DNA from: Hypanus sabinus
Taxonomy: Eukaryota
Assembly: GCF_030144855.1 (NCBI RefSeq)
Contig: NC_082706.1
Coordinates: forward strand, 14,942,001 to 15,006,000
Direction: 5' to 3'
Length of the DNA stretch: 64,000 nt
Within the stretch, counting starts at the first letter, position 1; every line of letters begins with the position of its first letter. The notes under the pieces are model-generated. The model made no database searches and had not been told where the DNA came from. It saw nothing but the letters and a program-made list of their open reading frames with translations. Of this stretch, positions 13,400 to 26,328 are shown one piece after another. A program made the position numbers and the translations under genes.

Positions 13400-15120
13400 C
13401 TAGAACATAGAACATTACAACACAGTTCAGACCATGCAGCCCACAATGTTGTGCCGACCTTTTAACCTACATCAATCCAAACCTTCCCTCCCACATAGCC
13501 TTCCATTTTTCTATCACCCATGTGCTTATCCCTTAGCCTCTTAAATATCCTTAATGTATCTGGCCCTACCACAGATAACCCTGGCATCCATATAAGATAT
13601 AGGAGCAGAGTTAGGCCATTTGGCCCATCAATTCCTCCCTTCCATTTCATCATGGCTAATCCATTCCCCTCTCAGCCCCAATCATCTGCCTTCTCCCCAC
13701 ATCCCTTCATACCCCAACCAATCAAGAATCTATCAACCTCTGCCTTAAATATACTTAAAGACTTGGCCTCCACAGATTCACCACTCTCTGTCTAAAGAAA
13801 TTCCCCCTCATCTCCATTCTAAAGGGACGTTCCTCTATTCTGAGGCTGAGTCCTAGACTCACTCACCATAGGAAACATCCTCTCCACGTGTACTCTCTCA
13901 AGCCTTTCCTCCAATCACTTAAAATTATGCCCCCTCATATTAGCCATTTCTGCCCTGGGAAAAGTCTCTGGCTGTCCACTCAATCTATGCCTCTTATCAT
14001 CTTGTACATCTCTGTCAAGTCACCTTTCATCCTTCTTCACTCCGAAGAGAAAAGCCATAACGCACTTAAGACATCTCCATAAAACAAACTCTCTAATCCA
14101 GTCAGAGGTAAATCTCCTCTGCAACCTCTCTAAAGAGTCCTCATCTTTAATTATCTACTCAATAATTGCCTAAACAGCTACCTGTGTTCCAACAAGTACC
14201 AGTGGCACACCTTGATCAGAGGTTCTACCATCTCTGGGACCTTACAAACTCATACCACCATTCCCATGCTTACCAACAAATGCCCAGTGCAGTGCAGACT
14301 CACATGTCCAAACCTTAGTCTCACCAGCCACACATCCTCCCTCCTATCACTTCCCTGAAGGAGCCTCCGCTGGACTGATAGAAATAAATTGTAATGCCAC
14401 CTCCCTATCCCATAATTTCTGCCATTTCCCAACCCCAGCCAACCTAACACAAGTTTTGGCTTCATACTTTTCCATATTGACTATAATATCTACCTCATTC
14501 TTAGTAAGTTACTGTTTTGCTATAACATAAGGCCATAAGATATAGCAGCAGAAGAAGACCATTTGGCCCATTGAATCTGCTGTGCCATTTTGTGATGGCT
14601 GATCCATTTTTCCACTCAGCCCCAATCTCTTGCTTTCTCCCTATATCCCTTCATGCGCTAACTAATCAAGAATCAACCTCTGTCTTACAACTGTTTGTAA
14701 ATATACCCAATGACTTGACCTCCACAGATGCCTTTGGCAACAAATTCCACAGATTGACCACTCTCCGGCTAAAAAAAAAAATCCCTTATCTCTGTTCTAA
14801 AAGGGCATCCCTTTATTCTGAGGCTTTGTCCTCTGATCTTAGACTTCCCCATCATAGGAGACATCCTCTGCACATCTTCTCTATGAGGCATTTCAACATT
14901 TGATAAGTCTCAATGAGGGTCACCCCTCATTCTCCTGAATTCCAATGAGCAAAGGCCCAGCGCCATCAAACGCTCTTCATATGACAAGCCTTTCAGTGCC
15001 AAAATCATTTCTGTGAACCTCCTTTGAACCTTCTCCAATTTCAGCACATATTTTCTTAGATAAATAGTACTCCAAGTGAGGCCTCACCAGTGCTTTACAA
15101 AGCTTTAACATTACATCCAG
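13400..15120 (-). mobile_element. Cluster of CR1 LINE 3' ends
   Basis: Repeated reverse-complement CR1 tails (ctaaagaaattcc, catagaac). Confidence 0.65.
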
Positions 15121-15988
15121 CACTTTCAATACCCCATAAACCCACATGTGCAGGTACCCAACTACTCTGGTTTAGACACATATCAGGAAATTTGTTGTTT
15201 TGCAGCACCAGTACAGTGTGGGAAATAAAAAAATACTAAAAGTTACACATGTAAATATATAGTGCCAAAGATGCACACAACCCAAAGACCTGAAATTATC
15301 CCTAGTGTGTTTCTGAGTGATAGAACCTGGTGGGGTAGTTGATAGGAATGCGGATAGAATAATGAATGGGATTAGTGTAGGGTTGGTTGATGGTTAGCAT
15401 TGGCCCTGAAGGGCCAGAAGAGCAGAAGGGCCTGTTTCCCTATTGTATTCCCTCCATGATCATGATGTGGGTGGCTTCTGTGATGTGGAGGATGGGGAAT
15501 GAGGTGGTCTTAGTGATTCAGAAGCTAGAATGTTGGGTTGGAGCATACAAGATCAAGGCGGACTTTGTGCACTAATATTGAAGTCTCTGCTGAGGGTCTG
15601 TATAGCAACCGTGTTGCTGCTCCACTGATAAATTAGACCTGTTCGTTCAAATAGTATGCCCACAGGAACAAACAATGCAGAGAGTTGGAGACTTAGCGGA
15701 AATCTGGAGCAACACACCGGCCGGACTCAGTCAGTCAGGGAGGGAAAAGGGCAGTCGACGTTCCGGGATGAAGGGTCTCAACCCGAAATGATGACTGTCC
15801 ATTTAGCTCCGCTGATTCCTTCCAGTGTAACACACAGAAAATGTTGGAAGAACTTAGCAGATCAGGCAGCATCCATGAAAAGAAATTTAAGAGTCGACGT
15901 TTCGAGCCGCGATTCTAAATCGGGCCTGGCGTCTGCTTGATTCCCTCCAGTAATTTGCGTGTTTCGATATGTTTGTACACGGACTTAC

Positions 15989-16132
15989 CTCGGGAAATGA
16001 GCGGGTCCGAGTGTCCGTCACTTGCCGCAGCAGCACGCAGTTATTTAACGCGACATGCAGAACTCCGCCGCTCAGTATTAACGCCAGCATTTAACACGGG
16101 ATTTCAAGGCTCATCGTCTGCCATTCAACAGC
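15989..16132 (-). other. 5' leader exon 3 of the minus-strand gene (carries uORFs)
   Basis: Acceptor tcttgtttcaaag; consensus donor GAG|gtaagt; CpG-rich. Confidence 0.65.
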
Positions 16133-16383
16133 CTTTGAAACAAGAGTACAACAGTACATTACCGGGCTTTCCACCCCAGTATCATCCGTTTCTGAATTAC
16201 TTCCCCTTTAAAAAATACAGATAAAAACATCATTGTAATAACTACTACTCATTTGATACCCCAGGAAATAAAGACATCACGGGAGCTGCGCGTAGAGAAG
16301 CCCGGTGGCGTCAGAGACCAGGAGGGGCTAGTTTATTAAAATAGATTAAATCTCGTCCTGACGCCTTGCAGTTGAAAACTTAC

Positions 16384-16444
16384 TCTCCTCGTCGTAGACT
16401 ATGGGTTTAATGACAGTCGTAGGGGTAAAATGATGTTATATTGC
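16384..16444 (-). other. 5' leader exon 2 of the minus-strand gene
   Basis: Acceptor ttttgtatttgcattttag; donor AGA|gtaagt; stops in all three frames. Confidence 0.6.
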
Positions 16445-16522
16445 CTAAAATGCAAATACAAAATCGCTGTATTTATTTCAGTAAATAATGCATGAGGATC
16501 AATTGAGAATCGGGTGACCGAC

Positions 16523-16590
16523 CTGTCGTTTCCAATGCCCTCTCCCATTGCGGCGTTCCTTGTCACAGCCGCGTCTCTTGTAACTGATTG
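16523..16590 (-). promoter_or_regulatory. Putative first exon/TSS region of the minus-strand gene
   Basis: Donor CAG|gtcggt (non-consensus +3/+4); CCAAT box (gattgg) near 16586; CpG-rich; strong-context ATG at 16548. Confidence 0.45.
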
Positions 16591-18229
16591 GTGGAGATTA
16601 ACGACTCATTGCTGCTCTGTCCTGTTTGTTAAGTTTTTTTTTAAATGGTGTATTATTCCAAACACGAGAAAATCTGACAATGCTGGCGTTTCTAAGCAAA
16701 AAATACAGAATGCTGGAGGAGCTCCGATTAAAGGTCTTGCCCAAACGTAGACCGTTTATTCGTTTCCATAGATGCTGCCAGGCCTGCAGCATTTTGTGAG
16801 TGCGTTGCTTTATTATTCCCCAGGGTAGAAACGTCCAATGCTGGAAGATGTAACACGATTTATTCTTGTAAATTAGAATACTTTGTCACCGCACTGCTGC
16901 CGCAAAAATGAATTTCACGACACATGCCAATACCGTAAGCTTGATTCCGATGTGCAAGCATCAGACTTTTTCAAATTCATATTCCCCTGGTGAAGAAGTC
17001 ATCTCAGACATTCCAGGAATTGACGCTCTACTTTGTTAGTACGCACTAATTTGATTTGCTGTGCCTGCAGGTCATTTAAAGTCGCGAAGATTACTTTATT
17101 GTTGATTATACACAACTCTAACGTCCCTTGCTGCATCTCTTCCATTCCCTCTCTTTCTCTTTTGATGGCGAGAGAGAGCTCACCGGGTCCTCGGGTCGGG
17201 TTGCATGGAGAGGCGATGCGGCAGTTTGACACAGCCGGTCTCCCTTCTAGTCACAGGAGCGGTCTCTCTCTCTCCCTCGTTCGTGAGAGAGAGCCTGTCT
17301 GAGAAGTAGAAGTGCTGGTTATGGACTGTAGTTTTTGATGGACTCTAGATCATATTCTCTCTGGGGCTTTACTAATGCTTGCGTGGGTGGGGGGTCGATG
17401 CAAGTGGGGGAGGGCAGGAGAGGGAAGGGTTGATGTTTTTGCTGCTGCTTGTGAGGGGCAGAGGGCCTTTGGGGTTCTAACGTTTTTCTGTTATTCATTC
17501 TTTGTTTTATTCTGTCTGCGACGAGTAAGAATTCCAGGTATACGGCATTCATTCTGATATTCAATTGAAACACTGATGCATTTTTTAGAGACGGGTTATA
17601 AACAACTTCCAATACCTTAGCTCGAAATGGCAGCTGTCAATTTCCCTCCAGCCCAACCAGTTGAGTCCTTCAGGTTTGTTCGTTGCGCCAGATTTCGGCA
17701 TCTGCAGTCCTTTATGTTTCCAACCTCCCAACATTTTTTTTCTGTTCCCTACTTGCATAATCCCTGATGAAGTGCACAAGACCTCTCGTCTTTACGGCTA
17801 CCACTAAATGTTAAATCGTCAAAACTCAAAGACAATAAAATCAAACACATTTGAATATTTATGCTTTAGTTCCCTCATCTAATGCATGCCGCATGAACTT
17901 TGATACAGTGCCTTTAAATTCTGTACTTATCTTCTGCTCGTCTTTGCTTTCCCCCTATTTTTGCTGTCTGCAAATCGCCTTGCCATAAGCAGTTTTGTCC
18001 TCCTTCCCCTTAACTCTCCACTCTGGCTCCCAAACCGGATCATTGCTCTACCATTGGAAACCACCGCTCTGCATAATTTTGAAAAGGATTCCCGGCAGTT
18101 TTTCCCACTTTGCTTCCTTCTATCTGACCTGGTGAGCACTTCCAGTACTTTGTCTTTTTTTATTTCCAAAGAAATGGTTCTCAGTTGCTAACTATCCATA
18201 TATTTTCAACATCTCCGTTTATGCAAAAT

Positions 18230-18459
18230 CGGTTCCAGGACACACCGCCCTCACCTGAAGAGCATAATTCAATAGGAGGCGGTAATCTGGTTTTGATTGA
18301 CATTTGGATTAGCCTGTGACGACTTGCGCTCCGTTTAGGTCACAGACGCGGAAGACGTCATGACGTTATGGCGGCTCTGGGAAGTGGACAGCGGCTTTTT
18401 CTGTTCCCGTGTCCCCTGACAACAGGGCCTGGGTTGTGCCGGAGCTTTGCTGGGAAATG
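18230..18459 (+). promoter_or_regulatory. NUDT18: NUDT18 promoter and probable non-coding first exon
   Basis: CpG cluster with CGGAAG (ETS-like), GACGTCA/TGACGT (CRE-like) and ATGGCGGC (YY1-like); donor ATG|gtgagg at 18459/18460. Confidence 0.6.
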
Positions 18460-18493
18460 GTGAGGAATGAGGGAAAGAGAGTGGGGTGGGGGA

Positions 18494-19150
18494 GGGATGA
18501 AGGTGGAGGATGGGATGAGGGAGGGAAGAGGGATGAAGGTGGAGGATGGGATGAGGGAGGGAAGAGGGATGAAGGTGGAGGATGGGTTGGGGAGGGAAGA
18601 GGGATGAAGGTGGAGGATGGGATGGGGAGGGAAGAGGGATGAAGGTGGAGGATGGGTTGGGGGAGGGAAGAGGGATGAAGGTGGAGGATGGGATGAGGGA
18701 GGGAAGAGGGATGAAGGTGGAGGATGGGATGGGGTGGGAAGAGGGATGAAGGTGGAGGATGGGATGGAGAGGGAAGAGGGATGAGGGTGGAGGATGGGAT
18801 GGGGAGGGAAGAGGGATGAAGGTGGAAGATGGGATGGGGAGGGAAGAGGGATGAAGGTGGAGGATGGGATGGGGTGGGAAGAGGGATGAAGGTGGAGGAT
18901 GGGATGGAGAGGGAAGAGGGATGAGGGTGGAGGATGGGATGGGGAGGGAAGAGGGATGAAGGTGGAGGATGGGATGGGGAGGGAAGAGGGATGAAGGTGG
19001 AGGATGGGATGGGGAGGGAAGAGGGATGAAGGTGGAGGATGGGATGGGGAGGGAAGAGGGATGAAGGTGGAGGATGGGATGGGGAGGGAAGAGGGATGAA
19101 GGTGGAGGATGGGATGGGGAGGGAAGAGGGATGAAGGTGGAGGATGGGGT
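18494..19150 (+). repeat. G-rich minisatellite, 35-36-bp unit GGGATGAAGGTGGAGGATGGGATGGGGAGGGAAGA, about 19 copies
   Basis: Direct reading; no C on + strand from 18451 to 19162. Confidence 0.95.
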
Positions 19151-19726
19151 GAGGGTGGAGAACAGTGTGTAAAGGAGTGGGGATGAAGGAATGTGGAGGA
19201 CGGGTGTAGGAAGTTGGGGTGGAGAATGGAGTGTAAGAACGAAGGGGTGGGGATGGAGGAGAGAAGAGCTGTATGTCAATAAATACATAAATCATACACC
19301 TGTCATGGTAGATAAGCGAGAGTTTTTGAGAAGTCATAAAGTGAATCATACATAGAGCTATTACCCTGTATTAGGATTATAATACCTCAAAAGGCTGCTG
19401 TCAGATGCTTTATATTGTCAAGAGTACAGGGGCATAGCGGAAAACTTTGTTTTGTGTGCACTCCATACAGATCAGTTCATTACAATCGGAGTGCAGTGGA
19501 AAACAGTTACAGAATGCTGAGCAAAGTATTGTAGTTAGAAGGAAGTTACAGTCAGGAAATAAATTGCAAAGCCATGATGATGCAGACTGTGAGTTCAAGA
19601 GTCCATCTTATAATGGAGGCAGTTCAAAGTCTCCCAAGAGCAGGATAGAATTCTTTGAGCCTGACTGTATGTACTGTGGTATATGAAAGGTCTAGATAGT
19701 GTGGACATGGAAAGAATGTTTTCTGT

Positions 19727-20342
19727 AAGTCAAGTCACTTTTTATTGTCATTTCGACCATAACTGCTGGTACAGTACACAGTAAAAATGAGATTTTTTCA
19801 GGACCATGGTGCTACATGAAACAGTACAAAAACATACTGAACTACATAAAAACAACACAGAAAAAAACGACACTAGACTACAGACCTACCCAAAACTGCA
19901 TAAAATGCACAAAACAGTGCAGGCATTACAATAAATAGTAAATAAGACAATAGGCACAGTAAAGGGCAGTAAGTTGGTGTCAGTCCATACTCTGGGTATT
20001 GAGGAGTCTGATGGCTTGGGGGAAGAAACTGTTACATGGTCTGGTCGTGAGAGCCTGAATGCTTCGGTGCCTTTTCCCAGATGGCAGGAGGGAGAAAAGT
20101 TTGTATGAGGGGTGCATGGGGTCCTTCATAATGCTGTTTGCTTTGCAGATGCAGCGTGTGGTGTAAATGTCTGTAATGGTGGGAGGAGAGACCCCGATGA
20201 TCTTCTCAGCTGACCTCACTATCTGCTGCAGGGTCTTGCGATCTGAGACGGTGCAATTCCCGAACCAGGCAGTGATGCAGCTGCTCAGGATGCTCTCAAT
20301 GCCGCCCCTGTAGAATGTGATGACGATGGGGGTGGAAGATGG
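19727..20342 (-). mobile_element. Rex1/Babar-type LINE 3' fragment inserted in a CR1 tail
   Basis: ORF 19980-20219 with IMKDPMHPSYKLFSLLPSGKR; CR1 sequence on both sides. Confidence 0.7.
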
Positions 20343-20849
20343 GAGATGTAATGGGGGAGTCTAGGACTGAAGAGCACAGCTTCAGAACAGAAGGACATCC
20401 ATTTAAAACAGGGATGGGTAGGAATTTCTTTCGCCAGGGGTGGTGAATCTGTGGAATTCATTGTCACAGACAGCTCTAGAGGCCAAGTCACTGGCTATAT
20501 TTAAAGCGAAGATTGATGAGGGCATCAAAGGTTATGGCGAGCAGGCAGGAGAATGGGGTTTAGAGGGAAAATAAATCAGCCAAGAGTGAATGTTGGAATA
20601 GCCATGATGCCACTGGATGAGATGCTTTCTATGCAGTTTTGAGTCGCTTCATATTGGTGGTAGTATGATTGCTATGGGCTCACTTTCAAGAACTTTACAA
20701 CCCTTGATCTCAATTTATTTACTTGTTTAAATTTTTCTCTTGTGTTTGCAGTTTGTCTTTATCACATTGATTGTCAGTCTTTGTGTTCAGTTTTCACTGA
20801 TTCTATTGTATTTCTTTGTTCTACTGTGAATGTCCCCAAGAATCATATA

Positions 20850-21470
20850 TAGTTATAAAGAAGGCAGAACAGCTGCTATAATTTATTAGGAACTTGAAGA
20901 GATTTGGTGTGTCAACAAATACACTCAAAAACTTCTATAGTTGTACCATGGAGAGCATTCTGACAGGCTGCATCACTGTCTGGTAAGGAGGGGCTACTGC
21001 ACAGAACTGAAAGAAGCTGCAGAAGGTTGTAAATCTAGTCAGCTCCGTTTTGGGCACTAGCCTACAAAGTACCCAGGACATCTTTAGGGAGCAGTGTCTC
21101 AGAAAGGCATCGTCCATTATGCACCCAGGGCATGCCCTTTTCTCACTGTTACCAACAGGTAGGAGATACAGAAGCCTGAAAGCACACACTCAGCGATTCA
21201 GGAACAGCTTCTTCCCCTCTGCCATCCAATTCCTAAATGGACATTGAAGCTTTGGGCACTACCTCACTTTTTTTTTAATATACAGTATTTCTGTTTCTGC
21301 ACATTCTTTTAAATCTATTCAATATATGTAATTGATTTACTTGTTTATTTATTATTATGTTTTATTTTATTTTTTCTCTCTCTGCTAGATTATGTATTGC
21401 ATTGAACTGCTGCTGGGAAGTTAACAAATTTCATGTCACATGCTAGCGATAATAAATCTGATTCTGATTC
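20850..21470 (+). mobile_element. Rex1/Babar-type LINE 3' fragment
   Basis: MESILTGCITVW and HPGHALFSLLPTGRRYRS; ends in a ctgattctgatt tail. Confidence 0.75.
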
Positions 21471-21555
21471 TTCTGGTGATATACATGTTTATGTACCTTG
21501 ATAATAAATTTGAACTTTGAACTTCATTTTAATCCAGTTTTCTTTTCTTTCACAG

Positions 21556-21670
21556 GCACTGATTCATGTCGGCTAATGGTCTGGAGTTAGAATCCTGAGG
21601 AAATTTCCCTCCCTGCAATCAAGACATTCAGTCCAGTTACAGGGTCAAACTGATGTCCAACTAAGATCAG
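21556..21670 (+). other. NUDT18: Possible extra NUDT18 5' UTR exon
   Basis: Strong acceptor ttttcttttctttcacag and donor CAG|gtaatt in non-repetitive sequence; no transcript support. Confidence 0.3.
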
Positions 21671-21854
21671 GTAATTCACAACTTGCTTTAAGACTTGTTC
21701 TACAGATTAGAGCTTGCTGTTTTTTGAGACCCTGCCTCTTTGCAGCAGAAGTGAGGAGCCTGCAGAGTTTTAAAATTTGCAGGTATAAAAGGAAGTCAGG
21801 CTCCAGCTGAGTACCCATCTTTAAAATGAGCATGAAATGAATGTCTTAAAATAT

Positions 21855-24060
21855 ATGAAGATAAATCCCCAGGGCTGGATCAGGTTTAGCCAAGGACTCT
21901 GTGGGAAGCTAGAGCAGTAATTGCAGGAGCCCTAGCTGGGATGTATGCATCAACATTAGTGAGGGGCCAGAAGACTGGAGGGTAACTAACATTGTGCCTT
22001 TATTTAAGAAGGGCTACAAAGAAAACCAGGGGACTATTGACAAATAGAATATCAGAGAGGATTCTGAGGGATAAGGTGTACGACCATTTGGAAAGACTAG
22101 CAACCAAGAAGATCGATTAGGGTAAGGTGGTAGGTGTGGTCTCTATGGACTTAAGGAGGTCTGCGATAAGAGTCCACGTGATACATGGGGTACTATGAAA
22201 AGTTAAATCACATGGGATAAGGGGAGATACAATACAAAATTAGCTTGACAGTAGAACGCAGAGGGTAATGGCAGAAGGGTGCTTTTCAGACTGAAAGCTT
22301 GTGATGGTGATGTTCTCTGGGGCTCAGCTGCTAGATCCTTTGCAATAATTTGCATGAGAATTACAAGGAATTATCTAATCAAATCAAGTTTAATTATCAT
22401 TCAGACCATACATGCATGCAGTCAAACGAGATGTCGTTCCTCTGGGGCCAAGATGCATAACATACATTTAGAATAGTGAGAGAGAGCAAAAAAACACGTC
22501 GTTATGCAAGAAAACACATGTATAGTCCATGTCCTTGAGCGATATGCAAATTGATGGTACAGTTGCTGGCAATCCACCTGTCATTCCACTGGATGAGCAG
22601 CAGAGGGCAGCACAGACAGGAGAGGCCAGCTCCCTACCAAGCATGGACTCCACGATACACCCCCTCCAACACTCTCACCTGGACTCCAGCAGCAGGCAAG
22701 CCCACTTGTGGCCTAGTCCTTTCTACAACTGCCTGTTTCACCACCATACAAAGGAAATGGGCCTGCAACATCGCACATTATCAATGTCCAACAAATCTTG
22801 AGATCACAAGAGAAACATCCAAAACAGTTTCTCATGGTTACAGTCTGCCGGCTTCACCTTCTACCGGCCCATCTGCCAGCTCCTTCTACACCCTGGCCTG
22901 CAGCTCCAAACAGCGAACAGATCAATGATGCGGTAGACCTGCTGTATCAGTTGTTCTTAGAGTCCGGTAGAGTCTTACAAACATAAAAAACACATTTTAA
23001 AAAGAAAACTGCACCATTGGTTGGCCCCCGAGAGGCTGCTGCGGTCAAACGCAACACCATCTCACCGGTAGTCCTATCTATAAAATTAGTAGGTTTGCAT
23101 ATCACTAAAATGGGTGGTGTCATTGACAGTGAAGGTGGTTATAGGATTTACAGAGGGATTTTGAACAGCTTGGGTAACTGAGCCAAAGAATGGCAAATGG
23201 AGTTTAATTCTGATAACGTGAGGTATTGCATTTTGGAAAGACAGATTTTCACAGTGAATGGTAGGGCCCTGGGGAATGGTGTAGAACAGAGTTACCTAGT
23301 ATACAAGTACTATGGTTCCCTGAAAGTGGCATTGCTGGTAAACAGGGTGGTGAAGGATGTTTTTGGTACATTGGCCTTCAGTCAGGGCACTGAGTACTGA
23401 AGTTGGAATGTTATGTTGCAGTTGTACAGGGTGTTGATAAGCTGCACTTAGAATATTATTTTCACTTTTGGACACCCTTTTATAGGAAAGATGCCATTAC
23501 AATGAAAATGGAGCAGAGGAGATTTACAAAGATGTTAATCAGGGCTGAAGGGACTGAGTTTTGGAGAGAAGTTGAGTAGGTTTGGATTGTTTGGAGTGAG
23601 AAGTGAAGTTATAGGAGTGCATAAAATCATGAGGACTAGTGGGCCAAGGTTTAAGGTAAGAGAAGAGGAATTTGAGAACCCCATGAACACTGCTTTTCTC
23701 TTTTTTGCACTAATTTAATTTAACTTTTCTAATGTATATACTTAACTGTAATTTACAGTTTTATTATGTATTGCAATGTACTGCTGCAGCATAACAACAA
23801 ATTTCATGCCATATGCCAGTGATATTAAACCTGACTGATTCTGAACATGAGCACCAATTTCTTCATCAAGAGAGCAATTAGTGAATGGTTGAAGCTGCCA
23901 AAAGAAATGGTTGACACAGGTATATTAACAACGTTTAAAAGGTACTTGGGTACATGGATTGGAAGGAGTCAGAGGGATATGGACCAAACGCTGGAACATG
24001 AGACTAGCTATGAACCAGTTGAACCAAAGGGCCTGTTACTGTGCTATGTGACTCCAACTC
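21855..24060 (+). mobile_element. Decayed CR1 LINE with insertions
   Basis: WQMEFNSD and other CR1 RT and 3' remnants. Confidence 0.65.
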
Positions 24061-24672
24061 TGTTACCTAACCTCATCCTGTAGGAATATTTTTGTAATTC
24101 AAGGAACTTCCTTCAATTACCAATTAATTTCAAGAATCAATGTTGTCTCTTAAAACAAGATAGTTTATTGTCATTCGTTAGTACATGAGTGTAAGGAGAA
24201 CAAAATGATTGTTACTCCTGATCCGATGCAGCATAAGAGATGGAAAAAAAGCACAATAAATATAAATATAAACACAATGTACAAGTAACTGTTCTATACA
24301 TAGACTGTTTTATGTACATAAAGTGATGCTGGGTGATGCGTATGTAGTGATTGTGGGGTGGGTGTACATAAACACCTCCATGAGGCTGGAGGGGTTGATC
24401 AGTCCAACAGCTTGGGTGGAGTGACTGTTTTTGAATAGTAGTTCTGGTGTGGATGTTGTGTAGCCTCTTCCCTGATGGGAATGGGATAAACAGTCCATGA
24501 GCAGGGTGGGTGGCTAGCCTTTTTCTGCACCTTTCTGTGCATATGTAACTTGATGGCGGCTACTTAGTTTCAACTACCCATTGCAGTGCAGTAACTGCTA
24601 TATATATTTAACGTGCCAATTTTTTTTCTTTGATTTATTTGTTATTTTGAAATACGTGTTTTTTATTAAGAG

Positions 24673-24822
24673 ATGGATCCGATTGAAAATCAGCTGGAAC
24701 TCCTTTTGAAAGGAGAAGGCATGGAGGTAAAGAACTATGATTCCCCACTGGATGAAGTGGTACCTGTAATTGTGCGGAAAACTGTCTGTTACATCGTTGC
24801 TGCAATAATACTAAATGAGCAG
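24673..24822 (+). CDS. NUDT18: 8-oxo-dGDP phosphatase NUDT18, coding exon 1
   Basis: MDPIENQLELLLKGEG...RKTVCYIVAAIILNEQ; donor CAG|gtaagt; phase 0. Confidence 0.9.
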
Positions 24823-25239
24823 GTAAGTCAGCTACATCATCTACTCCTGGGACCAAAATGTGCTGGAATTGGCTAGTGAGGAAGCTAGTCCAGGGCTATG
24901 ACCATTGCTCTGCAATTAGATGATACAAGGCAGGAGTGCCCCACCTGGAAACCATAGACCCCTCGGTTAATGATAGGGGTGCATGGAATAAAAAAGCTTG
25001 GGAACCCCTGAAATAAGGAGATTAGTACCACTTCGCTCTTCCTGCTGGTAGATCTTTCGACACAATATCCTTCTAGAAACTTTCTCAAGACTTTCAGCTA
25101 ACTTCCTTAACACTGCTTCTGTCTCCCTGTTATTGAGAGATTTTGTTTTTACATTCAAGGTGCAAGTTTAGCAAAGGGATGGGCAATAGAAGAACAATGA
25201 AGATGATTTAAAAACATTTGGTTTTGCACTTCTTTATTA

Positions 25240-25905
25240 GGGGAAGTCCTCATTAGGGGATGGGAGGTGAAGAGAGTCAATAACTTTAAATTCCTTAGTG
25301 TTATATCAGGAGATCTGCCCTGGGACCAGCACACAAGTGGCTTTACAAGGAAGGCATGGCAGTACCTTTACTTTCTGGGAAGTTTGCACAGATTTGGCAT
25401 GTCATCTACAACTTTGACAAACTTCTTTGGAGAGCATAATAATGGGTTGTATCACAGCCTGTTACGGAAACACCTGTGCCTATGAACAGAAAAGCTTACA
25501 TAAAGTGGTGGGTATAGCCCAGTCCATCACAGGAAAAGCCCTCCCCACCATGAAGCGTACCTACAAGGAGCACTGCCACAAGAAAACAGCATCCATCATC
25601 AAGGACTCCCACCATTCAGGCCCAGCTTTCTTCTTGCTGCCATTGAGAAGGAGGTACAGAAGCCTTTAGGTCCCAGATCACCAGGTTCATGAACAGTTAT
25701 CACCCTTCACTTTCAAGGATGCTACAACTCGTGTGTTCTCAGTATTACTTGCTTTTTTTTTAAACTTATGTTTTATTATGTTTATGTTATTGTACAGTTT
25801 GCCAGTCTTTGTGATTCCATTGTATTTCTTTGTTCTGTGAATGCCAACAAGAAAATGAATCTCAGGTGACATACACATACTTTGATAATGAATTTACTTT
25901 GAACT
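25240..25905 (+). mobile_element. Rex1/Babar-type LINE 3' fragment
   Basis: RVNNFKFL and ESIIMGCITACYG. Confidence 0.7.
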
Positions 25906-26328
25906 TCGAAGCGTTAGAAAAACGCAGCAGGTACAGCAACATCTGTAGAGAACAAAGTAGTTAACATGTCAGATCAATAACCTTGACCAACTTTGGTTAG
26001 TCACGTGCATTACCACATGATTTAAACAAAGTGCTACAACAGAGGCAAAACAGACATCATAAATGGGCAACTTTAAGAGTAAAGTGGGGCCAATATTTGG
26101 ATAAAGCAGCCAGTCCAAGCTACTAAGAATCCAATGAATGTGACAAACTGGTTTAGTTGTAGTTCTAGTTACTTTTAATTACAAGAATGTTATCAGGATG
26201 CTTAATTAATGATATAATGTAGTGCTGCTACTCCACTGACATGAACATATCTGCAAGTTAGTTAGCAATTCATGGTGAACTATTTGAACTTTAATGTGGT
26301 TCCACTTGCATATGTCTTCTCTCCTGTG

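Noticed and set aside
13333-16548. Calling the minus-strand gene HR (hairless) because of its uORFs and proximity to NUDT18
   Set aside because: No recognisable similarity to HR or its U2HR peptide, and the orientation differs from human
18494-19150. CRISPR-like 35-bp periodicity
   Set aside because: Tandem units with no unique spacers, eukaryotic context, no cas genes
18335-19349. The two longest ORFs (317 and 327 aa, Pro/Ser/His-rich)
   Set aside because: Translations of the minisatellite's C-rich strand, which lacks stops because of its composition
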